Source of the DNA: Blastocladiella emersonii ATCC 22665
Taxonomy: Eukaryota; Fungi; Blastocladiomycota
Direction of reading: 5' to 3'
DNA length: 64,000 nucleotides
NCBI GenBank assembly: GCA_025594325.1
Contig: JANHCV010000002.1
Span: 1,488,001-1,552,000, forward strand
A program made the position numbers and the translations under genes. This document shows, piece by piece, positions 47,751-57,754 of the stretch. Each line of letters opens with the position of its first letter. The stretch's first letter is position 1. Under the pieces are notes generated by a model. That model was not told the DNA's origin. It searched no databases and worked only from the letters and a program-made list of their open reading frames with translations.

Positions 47751-48657
47751 CACTCCATGCAACACATGCATCTAGACTTCTTCTTAAGCATTCAGTGGCG
47801 ACGGAGCTGACGCCGGCATGCGCCGTCGCTGCTGTCGTCGAGTCGTGCACGCTTCCGTCTTCGGCCCGTGAGCTCGCACTCGTGCTGCAAGGCGTCATGG
47901 AGCGGTCGCTTGTTCTGCGTGCGCAACGAATTCGATCCGCAGCCAACGCACGGATCTCGGGCGATAAAATGGTGAAAGGCGATGCGAGCCAGCTTGAAGC
48001 GGTGCTCCTTGAACTCGACGGTGTGCGGGTCGAAGGTCGAGGCGCGGCTTTCGTACCTTTTTGGTGGACAATCTCTCCCTACTACAACAAGCAGCAAAAC
48101 GCTCTCGTCTTCGCAAAACAAGTCGGAGTCGGAGCCCGTCGCAGCATCAGTGTGCGAATTGTTCGAGTGCCTCGAGCCCCAGCATGTGGCTCCGGCTGCC
48201 GAATGCATGTCAACCCGGCACTCAATCTCAATCTCAAGCGCGGCTTCGGCTTCGGCTTCGGCTTCTTTATCGCTTCCTTTCGCTGCAAACGGCGTGCGAT
48301 CGGACTTGCAGGGGAGCGAGACAAGTTCGCGAACTTGGTCGGGGTCCGTTTCGCCGGCCGTCTCACAGTTTCCCCGCTCGCCTTCACGCGAAAGCCGGCC
48401 CAAGGGTCGTTTGCCAGCTCGGTCGCGGTCTCGCTCGCCAGTGCAGGCTAGTAACGGGTGGGTTTCCTCTCGAACACAGCCTGAGTGACGATGGAGCAGG
48501 GACCGATGTGGTCAAGGCCGCCACGTCCAGCAAGATCCGTGAATGGACTTCCACCATGACCGTGCCCTTGACCAGCATCATGGACTACCTTGGTGGGTTG
48601 CGCTTCCCGGGTGATGTACCAGCGAAGTCGACTGGGAACGGTGGAGTCGATAAATAA
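47751..48657 (+). pseudogene. Gag-like family copy B: frameshifted and internally deleted
   Basis: The N-terminus CAVAAVVESCTLPSSARELALVLQGVMERSLVLRA matches copy A. There is a frameshift at about 48030 and a short RS linker, then a jump at about 48490 straight to the tail AATSSKIREW...IMDYLGGLRFP. Confidence 0.75.
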
Positions 48658-48756
48658 TTTGAATGAGCTTCCATACTTAAACCCCTTACCTCGGCGCGAG
48701 TTCAGCTTGAGCCGCTCGAACTGTTCGCCGCGGAGGCAAAGTCTATCAGGTTCCGC

Positions 48757-49230
48757 ATGATGGCCACGAGTACGACTGTGTCCCGCAGCCATCTCAGCGC
48801 GATGTGGTTGCCAGTCATCGGTGCAACCGGTTCAGCGGGTCCCTGCAGCGCGAGGACTGATGGGCATAAGGCATGCCAGTGCTTCAGTGAGCCCACGAAG
48901 CCATTTCGGGGCTTAATTCAGCCCGGTGGTGACGGCAGTGACAGTGAAATCCGGCCGGAAAAGGCGTTATCAGAGGTCGTCGGTGCCGGTGAGGGGCCGA
49001 TGGACGCGCTGCGCCACGCACGTGACATGATTGACATGATGGAGGTGAGCGCACTCGAAACATCGAGTGCCCTGATCGTAGACAGAATCCAGTTGATGGC
49101 TAGAGTGATAGAAGAGGATTCCGCAAGAGAAGATGGACCAGCCAATTCGAGCGCATCATCATCACCATCACGAAGGGGCACGCGTGTTGTCCGATCCTTC
49201 TGTTGCCCTTGCCTCACAATTTCTATGTGA
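48757..49230 (+). CDS. Possible small hypothetical protein ending in CCPCLTISM
   Basis: 157-aa ORF with a helical-looking middle (MDALRHARDMIDMMEVSALE...). No homology was recognised. Confidence 0.25.
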   Translation: MMATSTTVSRSHLSAMWLPVIGATGSAGPCSARTDGHKACQCFSEPTKPFRGLIQPGGDGSDSEIRPEKALSEVVGAGEGPMDALRHARDMIDMMEVSALETSSALIVDRIQLMARVIEEDSAREDGPANSSASSSPSRRGTRVVRSFCCPCLTISM

Positions 49231-49401
49231 TTAAAGCGTGAGGGGGAAAGGGACTATTCTCACTATAATCATTGACATGCTATTCACGCGGCGTCACTTG
49301 ATCGCACCTGGGCCACGCAAGCAACCTGAGACAACTCGTCTCAGAGCTCCGTCCTCGCTGGCACCGCAGCGTCGCTCCCTCACCCCGCCACGCCTGGCCA
49401 C

Positions 49402-51069
49402 ATGCATGCAAACTATCCATCGCCACTTGATGCAACTGATGAATATGACCATGTATTCTCCTTCAAGGGGTGTGCGACTGATCTAACGTTCGGACGGGGG
49501 CTGGCCCCGCTAGAGTCGCTGACCATGCCGACCTCAGCGCCCGAACTCGACAATCGCTTATCAAACGTCCTCACACAATGTCTCAATCTTCGATTGCAAT
49601 CTATTCGCTTCACTTTTGACGCGCGCGTCGCGAATCCGGACTGTACGAGCCGCGTGACCGCGATGGCGAGCCAGCTTCGGTCAACGCTCACCGACTTGGA
49701 ACGGACGCGCGAGGAGCTGGAAGCCCGGATCCTTTATGATGCGAACGATTCAAGTCAGGGCGTCGTAACTCGCAGCTTCCAATCGCCTGGTACACATGCC
49801 ACTTCACAATCATCCCCGCCGCTACCGGTCGCTCCTGCGGCCGAGGCCGCAACCGACTTTCCTCAAGCCGCGTATGATGACGAGACGCTTTTCATGTCCG
49901 AGGAACGCTCGAGCATTGTTTCGGAATCCGCTGACTTGCCCATACTTTTTTCTTCTACGGCGACTTCTTCTCCTCTTCGATCAAACTCCGTCCCGCCGGT
50001 TTCGCAGCCCTGTCACTTACCTCCGCGGGCTGACCAGTACCGGCGCCCTGAACCCAGCCCACCTCCGCGAAAACGATCGCGGAACGGACGATCGCGGTCC
50101 CCGCCTCGTCCGTCGTCGATTTCGAACGGGCGAGAGCAGCGCCCATCGCTTTCATCAATTTACCAAGGAATGCTCACACCGCGATCGCACTCGACTACTC
50201 GCCGCGATTCGCATTCACGCTCCCAGCCGCAGTCGAGCGTTTCTGCCTGCACACTTGCGGCGAGCGACAGGAAACGGCGCCCGTCAAGGTCGCGGTCGCC
50301 ATCGCCAGGCTCTTCACGCTCACCATCGCCAACGAAGCGAGTACGACGTTCATCACAATCGCGCCTCCAGCCACGAGGTCTCCTCTCCGAATCAATCCGG
50401 CGCTTCGAGTCTTCTTCCTCGCTGGCGGTCCAGCTTGAGCCAGGCGAGATTGTGGATCCTCCTCGCCGCGGACCTACAGCTCGGCTGTCTCTAATGAGCA
50501 CCACCGCGCTGCGCAAGCTCGTTCACTCGAGCGGCCCGATCTTCGATGGCCCCGCACCCGCTGGCCGCACCTCAACGACAGACCGGCGCGAGTTCCTTGC
50601 CCAGCTCCGCGCCCTTGTTCCGCCGGGGCAGCTTGCTCGCGCGTTGCTTCTGTCGCGGCCTAACATCCCGCCGGCCGTTGCTGACTACTTTGCTGTCAAA
50701 CTGACACCTAACAGCTGTGACCATAATGCCTCGCGCTTGGCCCTGAATGTTATGAGGTTCGAGATCTCGCGACAGGCGCGGGCCTGGATTGACACGCTGC
50801 CAAAGCCGGAAGAGTCCGTGTGCGACTTTGCCGCGCGCTTTAAGTCCGCTCTCGCGCCTATCGGGACGCTCAGCGAGCTCATGTATCGACCTGCCATCAA
50901 GGAGGCGTTTCTTGCGCGGATCACGGCGGTGCATGGCGACGGCGCCGCGGCCGCCTTGGCCAAGACCGTCGCGTGCAAGAAAGTCAAGGCCTGGGTCGCC
51001 GATGTGGACGTGCCGCTGGCGACAACCGTCGACCACTTGGGCGGGATGCGGTTTCCGGGTGCTCGGTGA
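49402..51069 (+). CDS. Gag-capsid-like family copy C (intact)
   Basis: 555-aa ORF containing GPIFDGP...DRREFLAQL...PKPEESVCDFAARFKSAL...AIKEAFLARI...TVDHLGGMRFP. The true start may be the downstream ATG of MPTSAPEL. Confidence 0.72.
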   Translation: MHANYPSPLDATDEYDHVFSFKGCATDLTFGRGLAPLESLTMPTSAPELDNRLSNVLTQCLNLRLQSIRFTFDARVANPDCTSRVTAMASQLRSTLTDLERTREELEARILYDANDSSQGVVTRSFQSPGTHATSQSSPPLPVAPAAEAATDFPQAAYDDETLFMSEERSSIVSESADLPILFSSTATSSPLRSNSVPPVSQPCHLPPRADQYRRPEPSPPPRKRSRNGRSRSPPRPSSISNGREQRPSLSSIYQGMLTPRSHSTTRRDSHSRSQPQSSVSACTLAASDRKRRPSRSRSPSPGSSRSPSPTKRVRRSSQSRLQPRGLLSESIRRFESSSSLAVQLEPGEIVDPPRRGPTARLSLMSTTALRKLVHSSGPIFDGPAPAGRTSTTDRREFLAQLRALVPPGQLARALLLSRPNIPPAVADYFAVKLTPNSCDHNASRLALNVMRFEISRQARAWIDTLPKPEESVCDFAARFKSALAPIGTLSELMYRPAIKEAFLARITAVHGDGAAAALAKTVACKKVKAWVADVDVPLATTVDHLGGMRFPGAR

Positions 51070-51345
51070 TGGGCGTGCTGATGTGTGGACGTTATACTTG
51101 AACTATATCAATAGCTTACCGGTACACGCCGCCAACGCCATAGATTTGATCAGCGCTCGATGGATGCTAGCGAGGCGTGAGACGCGGTTCCAATCCATAG
51201 ATTCATTGGTCTTTTTGATGAGCGCTTGCGGTCCTCGGTGGCCGCGACTTGAGGGGAAGCCCGTGGGTCGGAAAACTGGTCGCGGGCTGAACCCTGACCC
51301 GCTCATCCTTTTTCTACGTAGCTATCTGCTCGGAATCTGGGACCA

Positions 51346-51854
51346 GTGTCGCGCCTCGGCTCGGCGCAACGCCTCGTAATCTCAAACCCGAAACCCGCGA
51401 GCCCGTCTATCCGGGCCAGATTATCTACTTGGGTCCGCACCCGTTCGAGTTCGCGTCCGGCCCCGATCCTCTCCTCCTCTCACCCACGCCCGCACCGGTG
51501 TTCCCGTCGACCGTTGCCTTGCACACGACGGACCGTGGCTCCGACGGATCCGGCGCGTCGCGCGAGCAGGCGCACCCGGCGCACCTGACGACTTGACCAT
51601 CCAACACCCTCTCGAGACTCCATCCTCACTCACTTCCGCATTCGCTGCGCCCACGCACTCGCTCTCATCTCCTACTCTCTCGCAGTAACGCCGCTCTGGC
51701 GAATGCCGCGACGTCCGCCAAGGTGCGTGCGTGGGTGGTCAGCGCCGAGGAGCCCCTGTCCACGATCATCGACTACCTCGGCGCGATGCGGATCCCGGAT
51801 GCCCCGGCCGCGAGCGCGACGGGACCGCTGGAATGTGCACGAGGCATCGAATGA
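51346..51854 (+). pseudogene. Gag-like family copy D: remnant retaining the C-terminal tail
   Basis: 51681-51854 reads RSNAALANAATSAKVRAWVVSAEEPLSTIIDYLGAMRIPD..., homologous to the tails of A, B and C. It is preceded by decayed Arg/Ser-rich sequence. Confidence 0.7.
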
Positions 51855-52000
51855 CCATGACTCTTGATTTATCACATCATGTTATGGATCGAGGGTCCAT
51901 GGAGCGGGAGAGCGTACCAGCAGGTGGACGCGTTCGACGGCAACGGACGCGGCGGTCACATCACCACCTGCCCCTCCTTCACCCGCCCTCTTTCCACCTC

Positions 52001-52062
52001 CCACTCAATGCAACTAATGGATCGAACGAGCCCACTCTATGCAACTAATGGATCGAACGAGC
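52001..52062. repeat. 31-bp tandem duplication containing the family's conserved 5' motif
   Basis: CCACTCAATGCAACTAATGGATCGAACGAGC is followed directly by CCACTCTATGCAACTAATGGATCGAACGAGC. Confidence 0.9.
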
Positions 52063-52068
52063 TATAAT

Positions 52069-53222
52069 ATGGACCCATGTCAGGACGCGACGCCCACGTC
52101 CGCCGTCGCAGCCGCCTCGCTCACGTCGCGGACACTCCCCACGTCGACGCACGATCTTGAGCGGCTCCTGCACGACACCCTGATTCAATCGATCGATCTA
52201 CGCGCCCATTCCTTTCGCGAACGGCTTCACGCACGCTTAGCGGGAGAGCGTGAAGATCGGTCCGGCGGAAGCCAGCTCGAGGTGGCACTCCGCGACTTGG
52301 ACCGTCAGCGCGAGGGGATCGAGGGACGTCTCTCAACCGCGCGCTCCTCGGCAGAAACTCTCGCCGCGGGCGAAGGCGCGTGGCGGACCGACTCTGGGGC
52401 CCGCTTACATCTGGATTCTGCAGTACTCGGCGTAGTGGGGGCCGAGACGACGCAACAGATGGCCATATCCACTGCGCAGCAGCAGCAGCCAACATCGCCG
52501 AACGAAAACCCGGTCACGCTCTCGAGATCGGCTTCATTTGTGCAGTCCCGCGCACGCTCACGCTCGCCGCTTCCCTCCGACTTGTCGGAAGCACGCTCTC
52601 AGCACTCGAACGCGGTCCTACGCGCCCCTTCGAATCTGGATCAACAACCATCGGCCCCGTCTCGTACGCACTCGCCGACGCGCTCGCTTTCGCGTGACGA
52701 ACGGACTTGGCACCCTGCGGACGATCCCTCTCCTCGTCGAACGCACTCTCGAGACCGTTCTTCTTCGACCCGTCGCCCGCGGTCCCGGTCTCGTTCTCGC
52801 TCTCCACCGCGTCCTTCGTCTCTGCGTCGGAGCGACCGCGAGTGGCGCCCGTCGCGGTCACGGTCCCGACCGCGGGGCCATTGGCGTCGATCTCGGTCGC
52901 CGCCAGCTTCCTCACGCACCCTGTCGCCCAGTGAACGAGCATGGCGCCCAGCAGGGTCGCGATCCAGATCAAGGTCGCGGCCGCGGTCCGCTTCTCGCCC
53001 GCTGTCCCAGAGCGATCGCGAATGGCGCCCGTCAAGGTCGCCGACGCCGCTGCGTTGTCCTTCGCCGAGTTCGCGGCGCTACGAACCCTCCGCCCCGCCT
53101 ACAGCTCTCGACCGGAAAACTGGAGAAACCGCACCTCACTCGCCCTCGTCACGCCTAAACCCTTCCACGCTGCGCGAGCTCGTCCACTCGCGCGGCCCCC
53201 TCTTCGACCGCCCCGCGCCGCC
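52069..53222 (+). pseudogene. Gag-like family copy E: truncated at the start of the capsid-like domain
   Basis: MDPCQDATPTSAVAAASL...HDLERLLHDTLIQSIDLRA, an RS linker, then LRELVHSRGPLFDRPAPP. Homology stops at about 53222, where the sequence becomes the AT-richer 3' flank of DBP9. Confidence 0.7.
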
Positions 53223-53304
53223 TTGGCCGTTCAAGCTCATTCAACACAACATTGGTAGACGTATTTATGCTATATTAAACTGGAATGCTTTCCGCCCTCG
53301 CCAT

Positions 53305-55394
53305 CTACAGCTTGAGGCGCTTGAGCGGGTCGTTGCGGCGGCGCTTGTTGGCGCCGCGGCCGCCCTTGATCTCGAGGCGTTTCCGCTTCTCGCCCGTCTT
53401 GTGGAAGGACACGTTGGTGACCTTGACCTCCTTGACGGCGTTGGGCAGCAGGTACGCGGGCGTGTTCTTGAGGTGTTTCTGGACGCGCGTGGGCGCAAGC
53501 GGCTGGTCGCGGCGCAGGAACGTGAGATCGGCCGCGTGGTCCTCGAAGTGCGACCGCAGCTTCTCGGACCGGAGCACCTCGCGCTTGAGCTCGGCGATGC
53601 GGGCCTCGCGGACGGCGGTGCGCGTCACGGCGCGCATCGCGTCCTGCATGCGGTACCGGAACGCGTCGACCTGCTGCTTGTTGAACGTGAAGGGCTTGAT
53701 GACGGCGCCGAGCTGCGTCTGCGCCGCGACGATGCGCTTGAAGACGGCGGCCTCGGGGACCATCTGCGTCGGCTTGAGGTCGACGGGCTTGACGGCGGGG
53801 TCCGTCAGCACCAGCGACAGGGACATGCCCTTGCGCCCGCCGCGCGCCGTGCGGCCCACGCGGTGCACGTACGACTGCGGCGTCGCGGGCATGTCGAAGT
53901 TGATCACGGCCGTGACGTGCTGGAAGTCGATACCGCGCGACACGCCGTGCTCCGAGTCCTGCCGCTTGGCGCCCTTGCGCTTGGCCTGCGCAGCTGCCGC
54001 GGCGCTGCTCGCGCCGGCCTTGGCGTCCACCACCTCGAGCGTCTCCTCGGACACGACGTTGCTGGATGATGGCTTGGTCGTGGACTCCTCGTCGTCCGAG
54101 TCGCCAAAGCCCTTCATCTCGTCGTCCGAGTCCGCGTCCGAGTCGCCGAAGCCCTTCATCTCGGCGTCCGAGTCCGTCTCCTCGTCCCCGGCCTGCTCCT
54201 CCTCGGCCTCCGGCTCGACGTCCTCCTCCTCCTCCTCGGCGTCCTCCTTGACGGTGAGTTCGGCCGAGTTGCCCTTGCCGCCCTCATCCGTGGCAATGAG
54301 GATGTCGTAGGTACCCTTGTTGAACTCGGCGACAATGTGCATGCGCGAGTTGAGGGGCAGCTCCGAGTTGAGCACGACCGACTTGATGCCGAACTGCTCG
54401 AGGAACAGGCGCAGGCGGAAGCCGCGGTCGATGCTGTTGACGAACACCATGGACTTGCCCTTGATCAGGCGCAGCTTGAAGATGAAGTACATGAGCAGGA
54501 ACTTCTCGCGGTCGCCGTCGGTGCCCGAAATGTGGATCACGAACTGCGTCAGCGCCTCGTTCAAGCCCTCGGCCGCCGACAGGTCGAGGTACACGGGCTG
54601 CACGAGCAGGCGCGCCGCAAAGTCGGACACCTTGCGCTCGAGCGTCGCCGACGCGAGGAAGGTCTGGTACCGCGACGCCTCGGGCAGGTGCGCCGTCAGC
54701 GCCTGCATGTCAGGCTGGTAGCCGAACGAGAGCAGCAGGTCGGCCTCGTCGATGACCAGGTACTTGAGCGCGTGCATGTAGCCCTTGGGCAGCATGTTGA
54801 GCGGGCCGAGAATGCGCGCCGGCGTCGTGATGACGAGCTCGACGCCCTGCGACATGACCTGGCTACAGATCGGCGGTTCGGGTCAGTTTCGCGTCACGCG
54901 GGCCTTGCAATCGTGGAGTGAACGTACATCTGCTGCACAACACCACCCTTGGCGCACAGGTTGGCAAACTCGAGCTTCTTGGAGAACTTGCAGAAGGCGC
55001 GCACCATGGCGGCGACCTGGTCGGCGAGCTCGGTCGTGGGCACGAGGATGAGGCCGCGCGGGCCCTTGGTCTCGCCGTCGGCCGAAGCGTCGCGCGGGTT
55101 CATGAGGATGTGGTTGAGCATCGGGATCAGGTACGCGGCCGTCTTGCCGGACCCGGTGCGCGCCTTGGTGGCGACATCACGGCCCTGCAGCGCGAGTGGG
55201 ATGGCGCGCTGCTGCACGAGTGTCGGTTCCCGGAAGCCCAGAGCAGCAATCGCACTCTTGATCTGCGGGCACAGGTCGAACTCGGAGAAGGACGTGATGG
55301 CGGCGGGCTTGCCAGCGGGGGCGGGTGCCGCGGCGGCAGCGACGGGCGCGGACGCCTTGGCGGGGCTCGATGCATCAACTGGTGTGTCTGACAT
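53305..55394 (-). CDS. DBP9: DEAD-box RNA helicase Dbp9/DDX56 (60S biogenesis); exons 55394-54928, 54862-53305
   Basis: Q motif PTLVQQRAIP, ARTGSGKT, LVPTTEL, VIDEADLLLSFGY, SATL, SRGIDF, YVHRVGRTARGG, FRYRMQDAMRAVT and C-terminal DPLK. A 65-nt intron restores the frame. Confidence 0.95.
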
Positions 55395-55679
55395 GGCGTT
55401 ACTCCTTGATGACGACGTGGTCTATGATGCGCTGGTGGCGCGTCGGTCTCCATCGCGGGGCGGGTGACGAGGGCTGAGCGGGAGGCGTTGCGACTCGGGT
55501 CAGCTGACACCGGCTGACCCGTTGGCACCCACGTCGTGTGGCGCAACGCGACTTCTCGCCGCGCCAGCTATCGCCCACTTCCCCATGATCTTCGATCACG
55601 TTCAACTATTCTAAATCAGCTGTATTAAGCAAACAGCTTAACCTATCTGCAACGGGGCACGCCAACAGCGGATCCTGGT

Positions 55680-57449
55680 TCAATCGCACTTTGCGCGGCG
55701 GCAACGGTCGCCCGCCTGAAGGAGCTGCGGATAGCCGGCGAGGTTTCCGAGATCCTCGAGAAATTTGACTGTACGGTCGAGAGGCTGGATTCCGAGGCCA
55801 ATCATCTCGTCAACGAGCTCGCTCGCCTCTGCAACGTCAAGCTCGCCATTCTGCTGCTGCTCTGGGTCTGTGGCGGGCGCCCGGTCGACGAAGTAAAGCT
55901 TAGCAAAGAGAAGCGCGTTGTAGTATCCCGGCGTGAGGACGTTCGGGTGCTTGAGTGAGAGCACATATTGATGGAGAACGTCAAGCTTGTCAGTGTTCCC
56001 GCGGGCGCAGATAGCGTTCATGAGAGGGGCGAACACACGCCATGATGGCAAGGGTAGCTTCTCGCCCTGCTCGCCGAGGTGTTCGAAAGTGAGAAGAGCA
56101 AAGTCGGGGCGGTGAGCCTGCAAGCTCGCCATACGAAGCTTGGCGCGAGGAGTGAGATCAAGTCCGACGCGCATGGCGAGCTTCAAGGCATAACTGCCAT
56201 TGTACACCGAGTACTTGTAGTACTCGTGTGCCTCGTAACCGAACACAGAGAACATTTCTGACGTCAAAGCGACGCCATCGCGCTGACCTGGCGCCTCCTT
56301 GAGCTTTGCCTCCATCATCTTCTCAAGCCGGTCGAACGCGTACGACTCGTGCGGGTCGTACAACTCCTTGATCAGGGCAAGATTGACCACCGGATCCGCC
56401 CACTTGTGCGGAAGAATACCGTCGGCTACCGCACGTTTCACGAGACGATCCACGGTCCGAGCGCCCCATCTCGTCACCGAGCGCGTGGCCTCGATCCGAA
56501 CCCGGTCGAGCGGCGTGAGACCGACCGCGGCCTTGACCATGGCCTCGACCTCCGATGCCTCGTTGCGCTTCGCCTCGATCATTTTCTCAAGGCGTCCGAA
56601 CGCGTACGAGTCGTGCGGGCAGTACAAGTCCTTGATCAGTGCGACATTGATGACTGGGTCAGCCCATTTGTGCGGGAGGACGCCCTCGGCGACAGCGCGC
56701 CGGGCAATCTCGTCAACGGTGTCCGAACCCTCCGGCTCAAAGGAGCCTTCCCAATCTCGCGTCGCAAGCGTGGCTCGAATGCGGACCTGGTCAAGCGGCG
56801 TGAGACCGACGGCGGCCTCGGCCATGGTCTTGACGTGCGAGATGTGCAGGGTTCGATGGACTTCGGCATACACCTCCCGGACCGCTTCAGCACGGTTCCC
56901 GGCGGCGGCCACCAGGCCGACGACCGCACGGACTGCATCAGCTTCGAGGTGGTGCTTTCCAGCGATGACGGTTAGTCTGGTGATGAGATCCGGGCGCGAC
57001 GCGGCGAGCTTGTTGACGCCCTCGCATTTAGCAAGACGAAGAACCGCGTCGTTGACTCCGCCACACCACTCGTCGTCGACCGAGTCGGCCCACGATGGAA
57101 GCTTAGCGAACTCGTCGAGCAGGGCCTCGATGGCATCGGGGGTACATGTCGCGACATCGTTGAGCCACGACAGGTCCTTTACGGCCAACTCCAACTCGAA
57201 TCCGCCGGCGTGGTACGCTTCGATGGCTGCGCCGACACGGTCGAGTTCATGCCGGACGTCGGGCATGACCGCGTCATGATGAGAGGCCGTGCCCGCGAAG
57301 CGATGAAAGCGTTGAAGCGGGAGTCGCGGAAAACCCGGGTGGATGTTGAGCTGCAGAACAGCTCGCGCGGCGACAGGCGGCGCGAGCCGGGCACCGCGCG
57401 ACACGACAGCTGGGCGCGCAAGACGTGAAATTCGTGTGAGGCGATACAT
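55680..57449 (-). CDS. Putative mitochondrial PPR-like protein with an internal duplication, about 589 aa
   Basis: The Arg-rich, acid-free N-terminus MYRLTRISRLARPAVVSRG resembles a presequence. There are two 80-90 aa repeats containing LPHKWADP. The C-terminal helical motifs are PPR-like: FAPLMNAICARG and YYNALL...ELVDEMIGLGIQP. Confidence 0.65.
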   Translation of the reverse strand: MYRLTRISRLARPAVVSRGARLAPPVAARAVLQLNIHPGFPRLPLQRFHRFAGTASHHDAVMPDVRHELDRVGAAIEAYHAGGFELELAVKDLSWLNDVATCTPDAIEALLDEFAKLPSWADSVDDEWCGGVNDAVLRLAKCEGVNKLAASRPDLITRLTVIAGKHHLEADAVRAVVGLVAAAGNRAEAVREVYAEVHRTLHISHVKTMAEAAVGLTPLDQVRIRATLATRDWEGSFEPEGSDTVDEIARRAVAEGVLPHKWADPVINVALIKDLYCPHDSYAFGRLEKMIEAKRNEASEVEAMVKAAVGLTPLDRVRIEATRSVTRWGARTVDRLVKRAVADGILPHKWADPVVNLALIKELYDPHESYAFDRLEKMMEAKLKEAPGQRDGVALTSEMFSVFGYEAHEYYKYSVYNGSYALKLAMRVGLDLTPRAKLRMASLQAHRPDFALLTFEHLGEQGEKLPLPSWRVFAPLMNAICARGNTDKLDVLHQYVLSLKHPNVLTPGYYNALLFAKLYFVDRAPATDPEQQQNGELDVAEASELVDEMIGLGIQPLDRTVKFLEDLGNLAGYPQLLQAGDRCRRAKCD

Positions 57450-57754
57450 GGTTCGTAATGGGTCAACGTTGCGGCAGCAGGAGCAGAAGCGAGCGCGAGC
57501 GTTGTCGGAACCAGCTCCCCTTGCTCCTGGGGCGATGGCGAGCGACGGTGTGCGACCCCCTGACGCACTGACGAGTCTGATTCGACGCGTCGATTTATCA
57601 CGTGGCGGGCGCGAGACATTGCGCACGTGATGATTTTCGACCTGTTGTGGTGGCTCCGCCGCGCTCCATGTCGTCGCGGCGTCGCTCAGTTCTCTGCCAT
57701 CATCGTAACGGCAAATCTCTGCCCCACGTAACCTACTGCAACGAATCAACCACC

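Noticed and set aside
45900-53300. Intact LTR retrotransposon
   Set aside because: I saw no RT (YxDD), protease, RNase H or integrase motifs, no long terminal direct repeats and no primer-binding site by eye.
52039-54069. 676-aa ORF as a genuine full-length protein
   Set aside because: Beyond about 53222 it is the DBP9 3' flank and antisense strand. It is treated as truncated copy E.
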